Below, piece after piece: positions 1-9,067 of a stretch of DNA of 64,000 nucleotides. This DNA is from an uncultured candidate division Zixibacteria bacterium. Its GTDB lineage: Bacteria > Zixibacteria > MSB-5A5 > GN15 > FEB-12. Numbering within the stretch: the stretch's first letter is position 1; each line of letters opens with the position of its first letter. The notes beneath the pieces were generated by a model. The model was not told the DNA's origin and searched no databases. It was given only the letters and a program-made list of their open reading frames with translations. A program made the position numbers and the translations under genes. The stretch spans positions 928,001-992,000 of the forward strand of contig CAVTJJ010000004.1 of the NCBI GenBank assembly GCA_963735035.1, written 5' to 3'.

Positions 1-1269
1 GGGCAGGGCAATAACGCCTGGTATGTGCTCGATAACCTCTACTGCTATTGGATAAGCGGCAATATCTGTCCGTATGAACAGGAGGATGTGACCATTCACA
101 TCGAGCCGCAGCGAACCCCAAGTATAACTTACTACGGCCGCACGCAGGATGACAGTGCGGGGGACAACGACGGTCTGGCGGAAGCCGGTGAAACCATTGG
201 TATGGCCGTTACAATAACAAACACGGGCGAGATCGCGACAAATGCCACGGGCCTTTTGTCAACTACCGATCCCTACCTCTCAATTACGACCGCGACAGCG
301 CCTTTCAACCCTTCTTTCGGCTGGGGCGAAATGAGCACCTCGACTACCCCCTTCGCGATTGGCATAAATAGCTCCTGCCCCAATCCCCATATTGCTCTGC
401 TCAATTTGCAGGTAACCGACACGACCGAGTATTCGATGACCCAAACCCTTCCGATGTTCATCGGTACCAAACCGGGCTGGTCTGATGATCTGGAGATCGA
501 CCAGGGGTACTGGGATCACCATTCCATCCGGATGTCGTACTCGGATGAATGGCATTTGGAAACGAGCCGCACACACAGTGGAAGCACCAGTTTGAAGTTC
601 GGTGGAGTGGGATTGGCCAACTATTCCAACGCCTCCGACGGCGGTCTGGTGACGCCTCCTTTTCTCCTGGCGGCCGGGTCAAAGCTGAAGTTCTGGCACT
701 GGATGAGGGCCGAGAACGATGCCGGGACGGCGGCCTGGGATGGAGGCATTGTCATGATTTCGAACGGCGATGGGAACTGGACTCAGATTTTCCCCGAGGG
801 AGGATATCCGTACACAATTCTCCGGAACGCCGAGAGCCCGTTTGAATTCGGTACCCCATGTTATTCCGGCAGTTTCGACTGGTCCGAGGCCGTTTTCGAC
901 CTTTCGGCCTACTCCGGTGTGGTGCAGATCATGTTTAGGTTTGGAGCCGACGGATATGTCAATTTCGAGGGCTGGTATGTGGATGACATTTGGGTCGGTA
1001 CGGGAACCTGTTGCCAGAGTCGGGTAGGAGATGCCAACGGCTTGGGCGGCGACGAGCCGACTATCGGCGACATCAGCGTCATGATAGACGCCAAATTCAT
1101 TACGGGAACATGTGACGGCATCGTCACTTGTCTGTCTGAAGCTGACATGAATCAATCCGGTGGCTCTGATCCGGTGTGCGATGACATCACAATCGGCGAC
1201 ATATCAATTCTGATCGATTACCTGTTCATTACCGGGTCGGCTGGTGTGACGCTTCCGAACTGTTTGTAA
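1..1269 (+). CDS. 5'-truncated secreted protein: Ig-like region, immune-inhibitor-A/MAM-like jelly-roll domain, C-terminal dockerin-like domain (possibly a peptidase)
   Basis: Frame is open from base 1 (GGG CAG GGC AAT...), so the start lies outside the window. Motifs FWHWM..E...WDGG and FRFG.D.....EGWYVDD; C-terminal CC..RVGDANG...EPTIGDIS.MID / EADMNQSG...ITIGDIS.LIDYLF duplication. Confidence 0.75.
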   Translation, partial: GQGNNAWYVLDNLYCYWISGNICPYEQEDVTIHIEPQRTPSITYYGRTQDDSAGDNDGLAEAGETIGMAVTITNTGEIATNATGLLSTTDPYLSITTATAPFNPSFGWGEMSTSTTPFAIGINSSCPNPHIALLNLQVTDTTEYSMTQTLPMFIGTKPGWSDDLEIDQGYWDHHSIRMSYSDEWHLETSRTHSGSTSLKFGGVGLANYSNASDGGLVTPPFLLAAGSKLKFWHWMRAENDAGTAAWDGGIVMISNGDGNWTQIFPEGGYPYTILRNAESPFEFGTPCYSGSFDWSEAVFDLSAYSGVVQIMFRFGADGYVNFEGWYVDDIWVGTGTCCQSRVGDANGLGGDEPTIGDISVMIDAKFITGTCDGIVTCLSEADMNQSGGSDPVCDDITIGDISILIDYLFITGSAGVTLPNCL

Positions 1270-1293
1270 ACGATAACGAGCTTGATTATGCTG

Positions 1294-1327
1294 AACGGCT
1301 GCTCTGACCGGGGCGGCCGTTTCCTTT
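1294..1327 (+). terminator. Probable intrinsic terminator
   Basis: AACGGCTGCTC / GGGCGGCCGTT stem (with G-U pairs) followed by TCCTTT, about 25 nt after the stop codon. Confidence 0.55.
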
Positions 1328-1487
1328 AGCGTGAATTTATGCTCTTCGGCGGGCTATCTGGCGGTCAAGCACAACTCTTGCTATGTCGTTGCAATTCCGG
1401 GGTCGATGCACTATCATTGGCCGATGGGGCGCGGCGTGGTGTTTATAATCGGCATGTGGAAGTAACCTGGGTATTGAGACGGTTGAT

Positions 1488-4400
1488 ATGATTCCGGAGT
1501 CAAGTCGATACGAATTCCGACAGCGCCTGTCCGAAAACCCCCATACCCAGTCCTGGCTGGCTCTACGCCGTGATACTGGAAGCCTTTGCTTCGTGAAATG
1601 TGCTTCAGATTCGGGAGACCTGCCGGTTGAGGAAAAGCGGGAGATGTTGCGTCGGTCGTTTCGGCTTCAGACGCGGATTCGAACCTGCTCCATATACACC
1701 GCCAATTCACTCTCCACCGATCATGGAAATGTGTTCGTCGAGTACCCGTATCTGGCAGCCGATCGTTTGTGTGAAGTAAGCGTATCGATGCTGTTGGAAC
1801 CGTCGAGAGAGCTCCTCGTTCGACTCGCCGTCGTTATTGACTACCTCCATCTGTTGGACGTGGTGCATTGCGATCTGAAGCTGGAGAATTTCCGTCTGCT
1901 AAAGCATGCCCGGGGAGAGCGTCTGATCTTGATGGATCTCGACAACCTCCAGGAATCCGGAGAGCCGTCCCGGCATCGCGTATTCGGCAGTATCGACTGT
2001 ATTCCGCCGGAGATTCTCAACAACGACCGTATTTGCGGCGGCTCTGACTTATTCTCCATGGGACGATCAATTCAAGCCGGAGGTGCAAGTAAAGCATCTG
2101 ATCTCGAGCCCGGAAGGTCGGCGGACGTCACCTCTGAGCGCCTGCATAATCTGATTGATAGGTTGACCCAGGCCTCTCCTGCCGCCCGACCCGAAATGCT
2201 CCTGCGAGGGCTTCACTTCGCGAATTTGATCAATGACGACCAATATCAACACGGTCTAAAGACAACACTGGCCATGTTGCTGCTGACAAATTACCGCGCC
2301 CTCCGCGCCAACGGGAGGTTCAGCAAAGCCGATTTGCAGCGCGACTTGTTCCAAGCCTCGAGACTCTATTCGCTGCCCCACGATCTGTGTGAGTGTCTCC
2401 AGCAGACTCTTCTCACCGGTACAATGATCGCCTTCGAAACCGTGAAAGAAATTCTGACCGCGTCAAAGTGCGAACGGTGTGGAGAATTCTGGTATCTGGC
2501 CATCCCAGACGAGACGCTTCTGAGAATATTTTCAAGATTTCCTGACGAATCCGAGTCCGTGGAAGAGGCGGTCTGCCGGGCGGATAGCCGAGATTCTGAG
2601 AGTAGTAAAGACACTGACTCCTCAGAAATGTTTCCGACAGGGAAAGGGTTGCGGAGCTACCTCATCCGAAAGAATCGGGTGACTTCGGAGCTTGAAGCCG
2701 GGAGGTCAATTCCCCTGTCCGAGTTCCGTGGGTTGGCCGGACTGGCGGTGGCCCTGCATCGCCCATTGGAGGCGTCTGAGCACATTCAGCACGCTATCGA
2801 AGTCGCCGTCCCCAGTTCTGACGAACAACTGGAGCTTTATGCCTTCTACGCCCGAGAGCTTTGGGCTGCCAATAAGGAAGAGGCTGCTTCGGCGGCCAAC
2901 GACAAAGGATTGGAACTTGCCCGGAGCTGTTCTCGAAAGGCTGCGGAACTTGACTTCAGAAAACAGCAGGCATGGAGAATAGGTCACGCGGGTAATATTG
3001 CTGAATCGGTTCGGCTCCTGGCACAAATAGCAGTGGAAGCTGAGGAGCTCCATCTGCACGAATTCCAGGCAAGGGTATTGGGTGATCTAGCCGCGATGTG
3101 GCGATCAGGCGGTCATCTGGATGAAGCGGCAGCAACTTACGACAAATGTTTTCGATTGGCCGACGCTCGTCAATACGGCCCGCACTTGACGGGTACTTTG
3201 TGTGGGGCGGCCTCACTCTGTTTCGAGACTGCGAAGTATAGAAGGGCGATCTCATACGCCAAGACAGCTCTCAAGTATATCGACCGCCGTCAGCAAAGCC
3301 ATTTTCTATCTTATATATGTGATTACATGATCGCAAGTCACACGCGTCTGGCAGAGTATGACAAAGCTGATTATTGGTCCGGCCGAAGTCTTGGGCTTAT
3401 CCATGCCGCGGCTCGAGATGACGGGTACGCGATACATTATTCTTTGGTGGGGTGGTCCAAGATGGTTCGCGGTGATCTGGCCGATGCCGAACTGGCCTTA
3501 CAGAGGGTCCTTGAAATAAGTCCGGCAGGGCGGGCCTACTCCATTGAATGTCACAGCCTGCGCAATCTATGCGAAATTGCCTTCTATCGAGCTGAGCTAA
3601 ATGAGCTTGAGCGGTTGAATGATCTAACTCGTAAAGCTCTGAAGGCATACCCCGATGTCGTCCTTTCTTTGGAACTGGATATGATCATCGGTCTAAAGGA
3701 TTTCTACTACGATCAAAAGTGCGACCTCGACTACCTAGGCCGGTTGGTGATTTCACTCGATGAAGGCGGGTGCCGGTACTACGCCGCCATGCTTCTCTAC
3801 ATTGTGTTGATCGAATCCGATCGACCCTGGCGAGAAGAGAATCGCCTTCTTGTTCAGAAGGTGATGGCTCATGTCCCGTCGGACGAGACTCCATTGTTTC
3901 GCGCTCTCCACAATACAGTCGAGCCTTATATTGCAGATGTCGCTTCAGTCCCGGATATGATTGCGGCGTTGAGAAACGCCTATCGTTATTTCGAATCGGC
4001 TGGTCAGTGGTTTCTGGCTATGATCACTTGTGTCGGGATTGCCCGGCTGCACTATGACGATCGTCAACCCCGTCTCGGAGCGCGTTTCACCCGCCAGGCT
4101 ATTTCACTTGCCGAACGTTTGGGTAACCGAAGATTTGTCCAACTGCTCAGTGATTTGCTCAAGGAAAAGGCGAGTTTGGTCCATGAGCGGCGGGTTCTGG
4201 TGCAGTCTTTTGACGGTATCGCGGAAATTCTCTCCAATATCTCACAGGAAATCGATCCCTTGCCCCGCCTCTTGAAATTCGCCGTAGATGCGGTCGAGGC
4301 GGAGCGCGGAGTTCTTCTAGTATGCAGTCATGATAGTGATGATCTCCGGGTCCGTTGTTTCGTAGGTTGCGAGGCCGAAGACCTTCAGGACGTAGTCAGC

Positions 4401-5654
4401 TTTAGCCGAAATATCCCCAAGATGGCGCTGTCTTCGATGTCCCCAGTGTTCGTTTCGGATGCCCTGGCCGACGACGCCACGAAGAAATACAAGAGTATTG
4501 TAGCGCATAACATTCGTTCGGTCATCTGCGTTCCGATAGCGGTAGAAGGTCGTGCCCGCGGCGTCATCTACCTTGATCATCACACCATTCCGGCCCTGTT
4601 TGACGAGGAAGATCTCACGTTTGTGGGCGCTTTGTCGAAGTTCGCGTCGTTGATATTCGATACCTACGCCAAATACCGTTCGTCAAAGAACCTTACCGAG
4701 TATCTTGAAAAGGGACTTAATGATATCGGGGTCGGAATCAGTTTTGTTACTCGAAGTGAGACGCTGAGACGTCTTCTCGGGCCGCTGCCGCAGATTGCCG
4801 CTTCTGATACGTCCGTACTGGTCCGGGGTGAGAGCGGAACCGGCAAAGAGATTATCTGTCGAATGATTCACTCCTCGAGTGCTCGAAAAGACGGACCGTT
4901 CATCAAACTCAACTGTGCTGCCATCGCTCCCACCCTGGTAGAAAGCGAGTTGTTTGGAGTGGCTGATCGGACCGCTACGGGTGTGGCCGCCCGCAAGGGA
5001 AAATTCGAAGCGGCTGACGGCGGAACTTTATTTCTGGACGAAGTCGGCGATATGCCCCTGGCTGTTCAGGCCAAAGTGCTCCGCGTCCTCGAATACCAGG
5101 AGTTCGAACCGGTAGGGAGCAATACGACTATTTCGACTGACGTGCGTTTCATTTATGCCACGAATAAAGATCTGGCCGAGATGGTTGCCCAAAAGAAATT
5201 TCGAGCCGATCTCTACTATCGAATCAATGGCGTCGAAATTGCGATTCCCCCCCTCAGAGAGCGGCCGGAAGATGTCGAGGTGCTCTGTGATCATTTCATT
5301 GCTTTGTTTAGCCAGACGACACACAAACCGATCAGCCTCTCAGGTAGAGCCCTCTCTGTCCTCGAATCTTACCCGTGGCCGGGTAACGTGCGCGAACTTA
5401 GAAATGTCATTGAACGCCTATCGCTGCTTTGTCCTGGGAAAACCATTCAAATGGGCGATTTGCCTTCAGAGATTGTCAATTTGTCCGTCGCCGATGAGCC
5501 GACCAGCCTCGCCGCCGAAGCCGCCGAAAGGGCCCAAATGCTTCGAGCCCTCACAAAGCATAATTGGAACAAATCGGCTGCGGCCCGGTCGATGGGGATG
5601 CCGCTCAGCACATTCTGCCGAAAAATGCGGAAGTACGGCCTTCGCCGTCCCTGA
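1488..5654 (+). CDS. Multidomain enhancer-binding-protein-like regulator: Ser/Thr kinase-like domain, TPR-like helical region, GAF, sigma54-type AAA+, Fis HTH
   Basis: HCDLKLEN catalytic loop; GAF (AERG...SVICVPI..EG..RGVIYLD); Walker A GESGTGKE; NCAA, ESELFG, GGTLFLDEV, FRADLYYR, WPGNVREL; C-terminal WNKSAAARSMG HTH. Confidence 0.9.
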   Translation: MIPESSRYEFRQRLSENPHTQSWLALRRDTGSLCFVKCASDSGDLPVEEKREMLRRSFRLQTRIRTCSIYTANSLSTDHGNVFVEYPYLAADRLCEVSVSMLLEPSRELLVRLAVVIDYLHLLDVVHCDLKLENFRLLKHARGERLILMDLDNLQESGEPSRHRVFGSIDCIPPEILNNDRICGGSDLFSMGRSIQAGGASKASDLEPGRSADVTSERLHNLIDRLTQASPAARPEMLLRGLHFANLINDDQYQHGLKTTLAMLLLTNYRALRANGRFSKADLQRDLFQASRLYSLPHDLCECLQQTLLTGTMIAFETVKEILTASKCERCGEFWYLAIPDETLLRIFSRFPDESESVEEAVCRADSRDSESSKDTDSSEMFPTGKGLRSYLIRKNRVTSELEAGRSIPLSEFRGLAGLAVALHRPLEASEHIQHAIEVAVPSSDEQLELYAFYARELWAANKEEAASAANDKGLELARSCSRKAAELDFRKQQAWRIGHAGNIAESVRLLAQIAVEAEELHLHEFQARVLGDLAAMWRSGGHLDEAAATYDKCFRLADARQYGPHLTGTLCGAASLCFETAKYRRAISYAKTALKYIDRRQQSHFLSYICDYMIASHTRLAEYDKADYWSGRSLGLIHAAARDDGYAIHYSLVGWSKMVRGDLADAELALQRVLEISPAGRAYSIECHSLRNLCEIAFYRAELNELERLNDLTRKALKAYPDVVLSLELDMIIGLKDFYYDQKCDLDYLGRLVISLDEGGCRYYAAMLLYIVLIESDRPWREENRLLVQKVMAHVPSDETPLFRALHNTVEPYIADVASVPDMIAALRNAYRYFESAGQWFLAMITCVGIARLHYDDRQPRLGARFTRQAISLAERLGNRRFVQLLSDLLKEKASLVHERRVLVQSFDGIAEILSNISQEIDPLPRLLKFAVDAVEAERGVLLVCSHDSDDLRVRCFVGCEAEDLQDVVSFSRNIPKMALSSMSPVFVSDALADDATKKYKSIVAHNIRSVICVPIAVEGRARGVIYLDHHTIPALFDEEDLTFVGALSKFASLIFDTYAKYRSSKNLTEYLEKGLNDIGVGISFVTRSETLRRLLGPLPQIAASDTSVLVRGESGTGKEIICRMIHSSSARKDGPFIKLNCAAIAPTLVESELFGVADRTATGVAARKGKFEAADGGTLFLDEVGDMPLAVQAKVLRVLEYQEFEPVGSNTTISTDVRFIYATNKDLAEMVAQKKFRADLYYRINGVEIAIPPLRERPEDVEVLCDHFIALFSQTTHKPISLSGRALSVLESYPWPGNVRELRNVIERLSLLCPGKTIQMGDLPSEIVNLSVADEPTSLAAEAAERAQMLRALTKHNWNKSAAARSMGMPLSTFCRKMRKYGLRRP

Positions 5655-5844
5655 CCCCGCCCTCAATTCTTGCCACTCTGCCGCATTCTTGCCAAACATG
5701 ACACCAGGCCCCGCTTGGCTTTGAAGCGTGATATTGCGGAAGCGGCAAGAAGAGTGGTAAACCACCCCGTTACGTCATCCGTTGAAGGTCGCATAAGCTG
5801 CTGGCGATGAGATAGTTGTATCTTGATCGCGATCCTAATTCGTC

Positions 5845-5860
5845 CGGCACGTAAGTTGTT
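5845..5860 (+). promoter_or_regulatory. Possible sigma54 (-24/-12) promoter
   Basis: CGGCACG-TAAG-TTGT versus consensus TGGCACG-N4-TTGC. Spacing is correct but -12 reads GT instead of GC; it sits directly downstream of the activator gene. Confidence 0.3.
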
Positions 5861-5872
5861 TTGCCCCTTGGC

Positions 5873-6172
5873 ATGACACGAGTAAACAGAACCAGTCCAC
5901 AGAAGACGACGAAAGTAGAGAGTGATTCTCAATTCTCCCTACGTCGCACCGCCTGGCTTTCGGTGATCGCGTTTGTCCTGGTTGCAGCCATGGCAGCGCC
6001 GCATTCGATTAGGGCCGATGGAGGCAATAGTGGCCTGCCCACAAATTACGAGGACTCGCTACTTGTAAGGCGGGATTCCACGGGGATACCCGATACCACC
6101 CTGGTGTATCCGGTCAGTAGCTCGCAAACGGCTCCGTCGCTTCTCTGGGAGTTGTGGGGATTGTTGTTCTAA
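5873..6172 (+). CDS. Small hypothetical exported protein
   Basis: ATG at 5873 (exact start uncertain). Hydrophobic signal-like stretch RRTAWLSVIAFVLVAAMAAPHSIRA, polar spacer, hydrophobic tail SLLWELWGLLF. Confidence 0.55.
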   Translation: MTRVNRTSPQKTTKVESDSQFSLRRTAWLSVIAFVLVAAMAAPHSIRADGGNSGLPTNYEDSLLVRRDSTGIPDTTLVYPVSSSQTAPSLLWELWGLLF

Positions 6173-6192
6173 CGGGGTGAAACTTGAAAGAA

Positions 6193-6210
6193 GCATGACC
6201 TTTGTCATGC
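6193..6210. promoter_or_regulatory. Perfect inverted repeat, candidate operator
   Basis: GCATGAC-CTTT-GTCATGC, 19 nt upstream of the HTH gene start, with no U-tract. Confidence 0.45.
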
Positions 6211-6229
6211 GGGGGAGGGGGAGGGGATA

Positions 6230-6838
6230 ATGTCAACACGAACACTGAAAATCCTGAGCCTGCTGTTCCGGCAGCGCTCCTTCACTCGGGAGGAGATCAC
6301 GAAGGCCTACGGGATTCGCGAAGAGGCAGTCGACCGGTACGTTGAGCGCCTGACCGAAGCCGGAATCCCAATCAGTTTTGACCAATCAACGGGGCGCTAT
6401 CGGCTGACCGACCTAAACGGCGCCGACCATGACCCTATGAGTCCGTTCGATGTATTCGTGTTGCGTCTGGCCGTGCGATTGCTCAAAGCTCGGCTCAAAG
6501 GACAGTACAAGCCAACCGTACAGAACATCGAGGCGCATCTCGATAGCCTGTCCTCCCGCACCCTGCCGGTCAAGATCGATAGTCTTCTTGACTCCATAGA
6601 GCGATCCTCCGACGCCTCCCACCTGCTTCAGGATCTGAATTGCTGTCTGATTCTTGAGGCCATTCGGCTGGGTAGGGAAATCCAGGTCGTCCAGTCGGAT
6701 CAATCGGGGCTGACTCGGGAGACCGTAGTCGTGAAAGCAAGTCTCGAATTTGGTGACGAGTGGGTGTTGCGCGATCTGGGAGGAGCCTGCACGGAAGAGA
6801 TACCGATTTCAACCGTCACGGATATTCGATTAGTCTAG
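6230..6838 (+). CDS. HTH_11-type regulator with a degenerate WYL-like domain (YafY/PafB-like, no WCX tail)
   Basis: N-terminal TREEITKAYGIREEAVDRYVERLTEAGIPI...GRYRL winged HTH; C-terminal EAIRLGREIQV...EWVL...IPISTVTDIRLV resembles WYL; G-rich RBS. Confidence 0.65.
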   Translation: MSTRTLKILSLLFRQRSFTREEITKAYGIREEAVDRYVERLTEAGIPISFDQSTGRYRLTDLNGADHDPMSPFDVFVLRLAVRLLKARLKGQYKPTVQNIEAHLDSLSSRTLPVKIDSLLDSIERSSDASHLLQDLNCCLILEAIRLGREIQVVQSDQSGLTRETVVVKASLEFGDEWVLRDLGGACTEEIPISTVTDIRLV

Positions 6839-6958
6839 GCGAAATTGTCTGTTCGGTTCGAAGCCGGATGCCCGGGGCTCGAGGGGGGATGCCCGGTCAT
6901 CCGGTTTCAATAGTTGTGATCACGCAAGTCCGCCAGGACAAATCCTTGCACGTTTTGA

Positions 6959-6986
6959 TTGACAGGACCGTCGATCATGTTATCTT
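6959..6986 (+). promoter_or_regulatory. Sigma70-type promoter
   Basis: TTGACA-16 nt-TATCTT with an extended TG, 60 nt before the ATG at 7047. Confidence 0.55.
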
Positions 6987-7046
6987 GAATGAAGCATCAG
7001 GAGAACCGTGCCAGGAGGGCGTGTTTTGTTTTGAAAGGTAACGGCG

Positions 7047-9065
7047 ATGTTCCAAAGAGTCTGTTCAAGATTGTCGTCCAATTTCCGTTGGGGAGTGAGT
7101 CTCGTACTCGCGGCGCTACTTATTAGCGGTTCGGTTCGGGCGGCGGGAGAAGACCCGCCGGCGACTGCTCCCACCGGTCCTGAAGGCTGCGCCTGTATCG
7201 GCACGGTCGGCAACGTTAACTGTGACTATAAAGACGAGGTCACGGTGGCCGACTTGGCGCTGCTGATCGACCATATCTTCATAAACGGAACCCGGCTGCC
7301 CAATCCGGCTGAAGCCAATATCAACGGCGACCCTGCCGGTGAGATCACCCTGGGGGACGTCTACATGCTAATAGACCATCTCTTCATTTCAAGGGTGCCG
7401 CTGCCGGACTGTCCTAAACCGTACAACAACCCGCCGGACACGCGATTTATCGGCTTCTCAGAATACTTGCCGTTTGTCAACAGTGTCGGGCCGGGAAACT
7501 GGGCCACGGGTGTGCGCCTGAACTGGGCGGCGAACGATCTGGTCGACCACGCCTATGACGATCCCTCGTTTGCCTTCGAATACCGTCTTTACGGACCCTA
7601 TACTGATTCGGTCTACGATCAGATAATACATTCATTTCAATTCATAGTGTTCAGGTCGTACGACGGTCAAATGCTCAAGACGAGACAGTACCCATTAAGT
7701 ATGTACATCACTTGTGACACGACCTGGCTTCCGGGCGGTATTCGCCAGATAGATTGCGATACAGTTCTCGTAGATACTATTGATGGCACAACTTCCTTCG
7801 GCTTTTTCGACACCTTGTTGGATGTTGAAGATCCGAGTTTCCTGGCCAATCCAGAGTTTAATCGCCTGGTTCCGATGCCTAGGATGGGTGACAACGCCTG
7901 GACTTACGCCATGGGGGACACGCTCTACAATCTTTTCGCCGATCACCCGTCCGATACGACTGTCAGGGCCAATTTCATCGCCTGGGTGCGGGCGAGAGAC
8001 CCGGAGGATTCGACCGTATACGATCCTACGCCGGCGTTCAAGAGAGCGCAGGTGATTGAACCCAAATTCGAGCGCGATGTGGCTGTTATTGATTTTGGCT
8101 CACCGGCATATGAGAATACCGCCAAATACAGCTGCCAACTTGCTTATTGGGCAGGTGCAATACCCCTATGGGCGGCACATGCCGGTCTAACGTCAGATAT
8201 CCAGTTCGACAAGGCCTTTGATATAAGAGATTACGGAAGTTTCATGCAATCTTTGTATGAGAGCGCGGAAACCAAGTTACTTGCTTTTGCTCTAAAGCAC
8301 AAAGTAGTCATCATCATCCAAGATGCAGCCATGTCCGGCGCCTGGAGTTACGGAGGCGTCCGACAACTGGTCTTGTATCAAGCCATCGACGTTGGTACGA
8401 ACGTTTGGGTGGCGGCCAGAGTACCGCTCGGCAGGCACGAGTCTGACAGACCTCCCGCAACCGACACTGCCACGTGGGCTTATCAATACTACTTTGGGGT
8501 CCAACAAGTCGCGTTCCCGGGTTGGGGTTCCTTTCTCTATAGCGCTTCGCATTGCGGGCTACCGCGCACTGAACACTTTATTGGGGCCAACTCCCTTGAT
8601 ACTTTGCGCTGGCCAAACCTGTCAATTGACACCGCCCTTCTTCGGACTCAATACAAGTGGGCTGGATGCGTGCCGTCAGAGGCTTGCTATACTGATCCTG
8701 AGTGCAATCCTAACAACTGTTTTCCATTCTTTCCATTCGCTGATTCTGCTTTTGCTTTCCTCGGCGCCCTGCCGCAGGTTGGATGGATGGTGCGGACCTA
8801 TGACTCCGAATGCATGTACACCTTCAAGTCGCTCTATGGCGCGGTACATCCAATTGATCCCCAACTGAGTTATGATGGTCGCCCGGTTATGGTCCGGATG
8901 GACCGGGGGAGTTTCCGGACAGTACACTCGCTCTTTACTCCGTTGGCCCTGGAAGCAACGTCAGGGCAGCAGTTGGTGGATTCAATCCTGAGCTGGCTCT
9001 ATGAGAAATGGCTGCCCGGCAATAGCGGTCCAAAGGTCAAGACCGCGGTTGAGGGGAGGGAGTAG
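7047..9065 (+). CDS. Secreted protein with an N-terminal dockerin-like domain
   Basis: Signal peptide (...LLISGSVRA) followed by CACIGTVGNVNCD..DEVTVADLALLIDHIF / EANINGD..GEITLGDVYMLIDHLF; the remainder is unassigned. Confidence 0.75.
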   Translation: MFQRVCSRLSSNFRWGVSLVLAALLISGSVRAAGEDPPATAPTGPEGCACIGTVGNVNCDYKDEVTVADLALLIDHIFINGTRLPNPAEANINGDPAGEITLGDVYMLIDHLFISRVPLPDCPKPYNNPPDTRFIGFSEYLPFVNSVGPGNWATGVRLNWAANDLVDHAYDDPSFAFEYRLYGPYTDSVYDQIIHSFQFIVFRSYDGQMLKTRQYPLSMYITCDTTWLPGGIRQIDCDTVLVDTIDGTTSFGFFDTLLDVEDPSFLANPEFNRLVPMPRMGDNAWTYAMGDTLYNLFADHPSDTTVRANFIAWVRARDPEDSTVYDPTPAFKRAQVIEPKFERDVAVIDFGSPAYENTAKYSCQLAYWAGAIPLWAAHAGLTSDIQFDKAFDIRDYGSFMQSLYESAETKLLAFALKHKVVIIIQDAAMSGAWSYGGVRQLVLYQAIDVGTNVWVAARVPLGRHESDRPPATDTATWAYQYYFGVQQVAFPGWGSFLYSASHCGLPRTEHFIGANSLDTLRWPNLSIDTALLRTQYKWAGCVPSEACYTDPECNPNNCFPFFPFADSAFAFLGALPQVGWMVRTYDSECMYTFKSLYGAVHPIDPQLSYDGRPVMVRMDRGSFRTVHSLFTPLALEATSGQQLVDSILSWLYEKWLPGNSGPKVKTAVEGRE

Positions 9066-9067
9066 TG

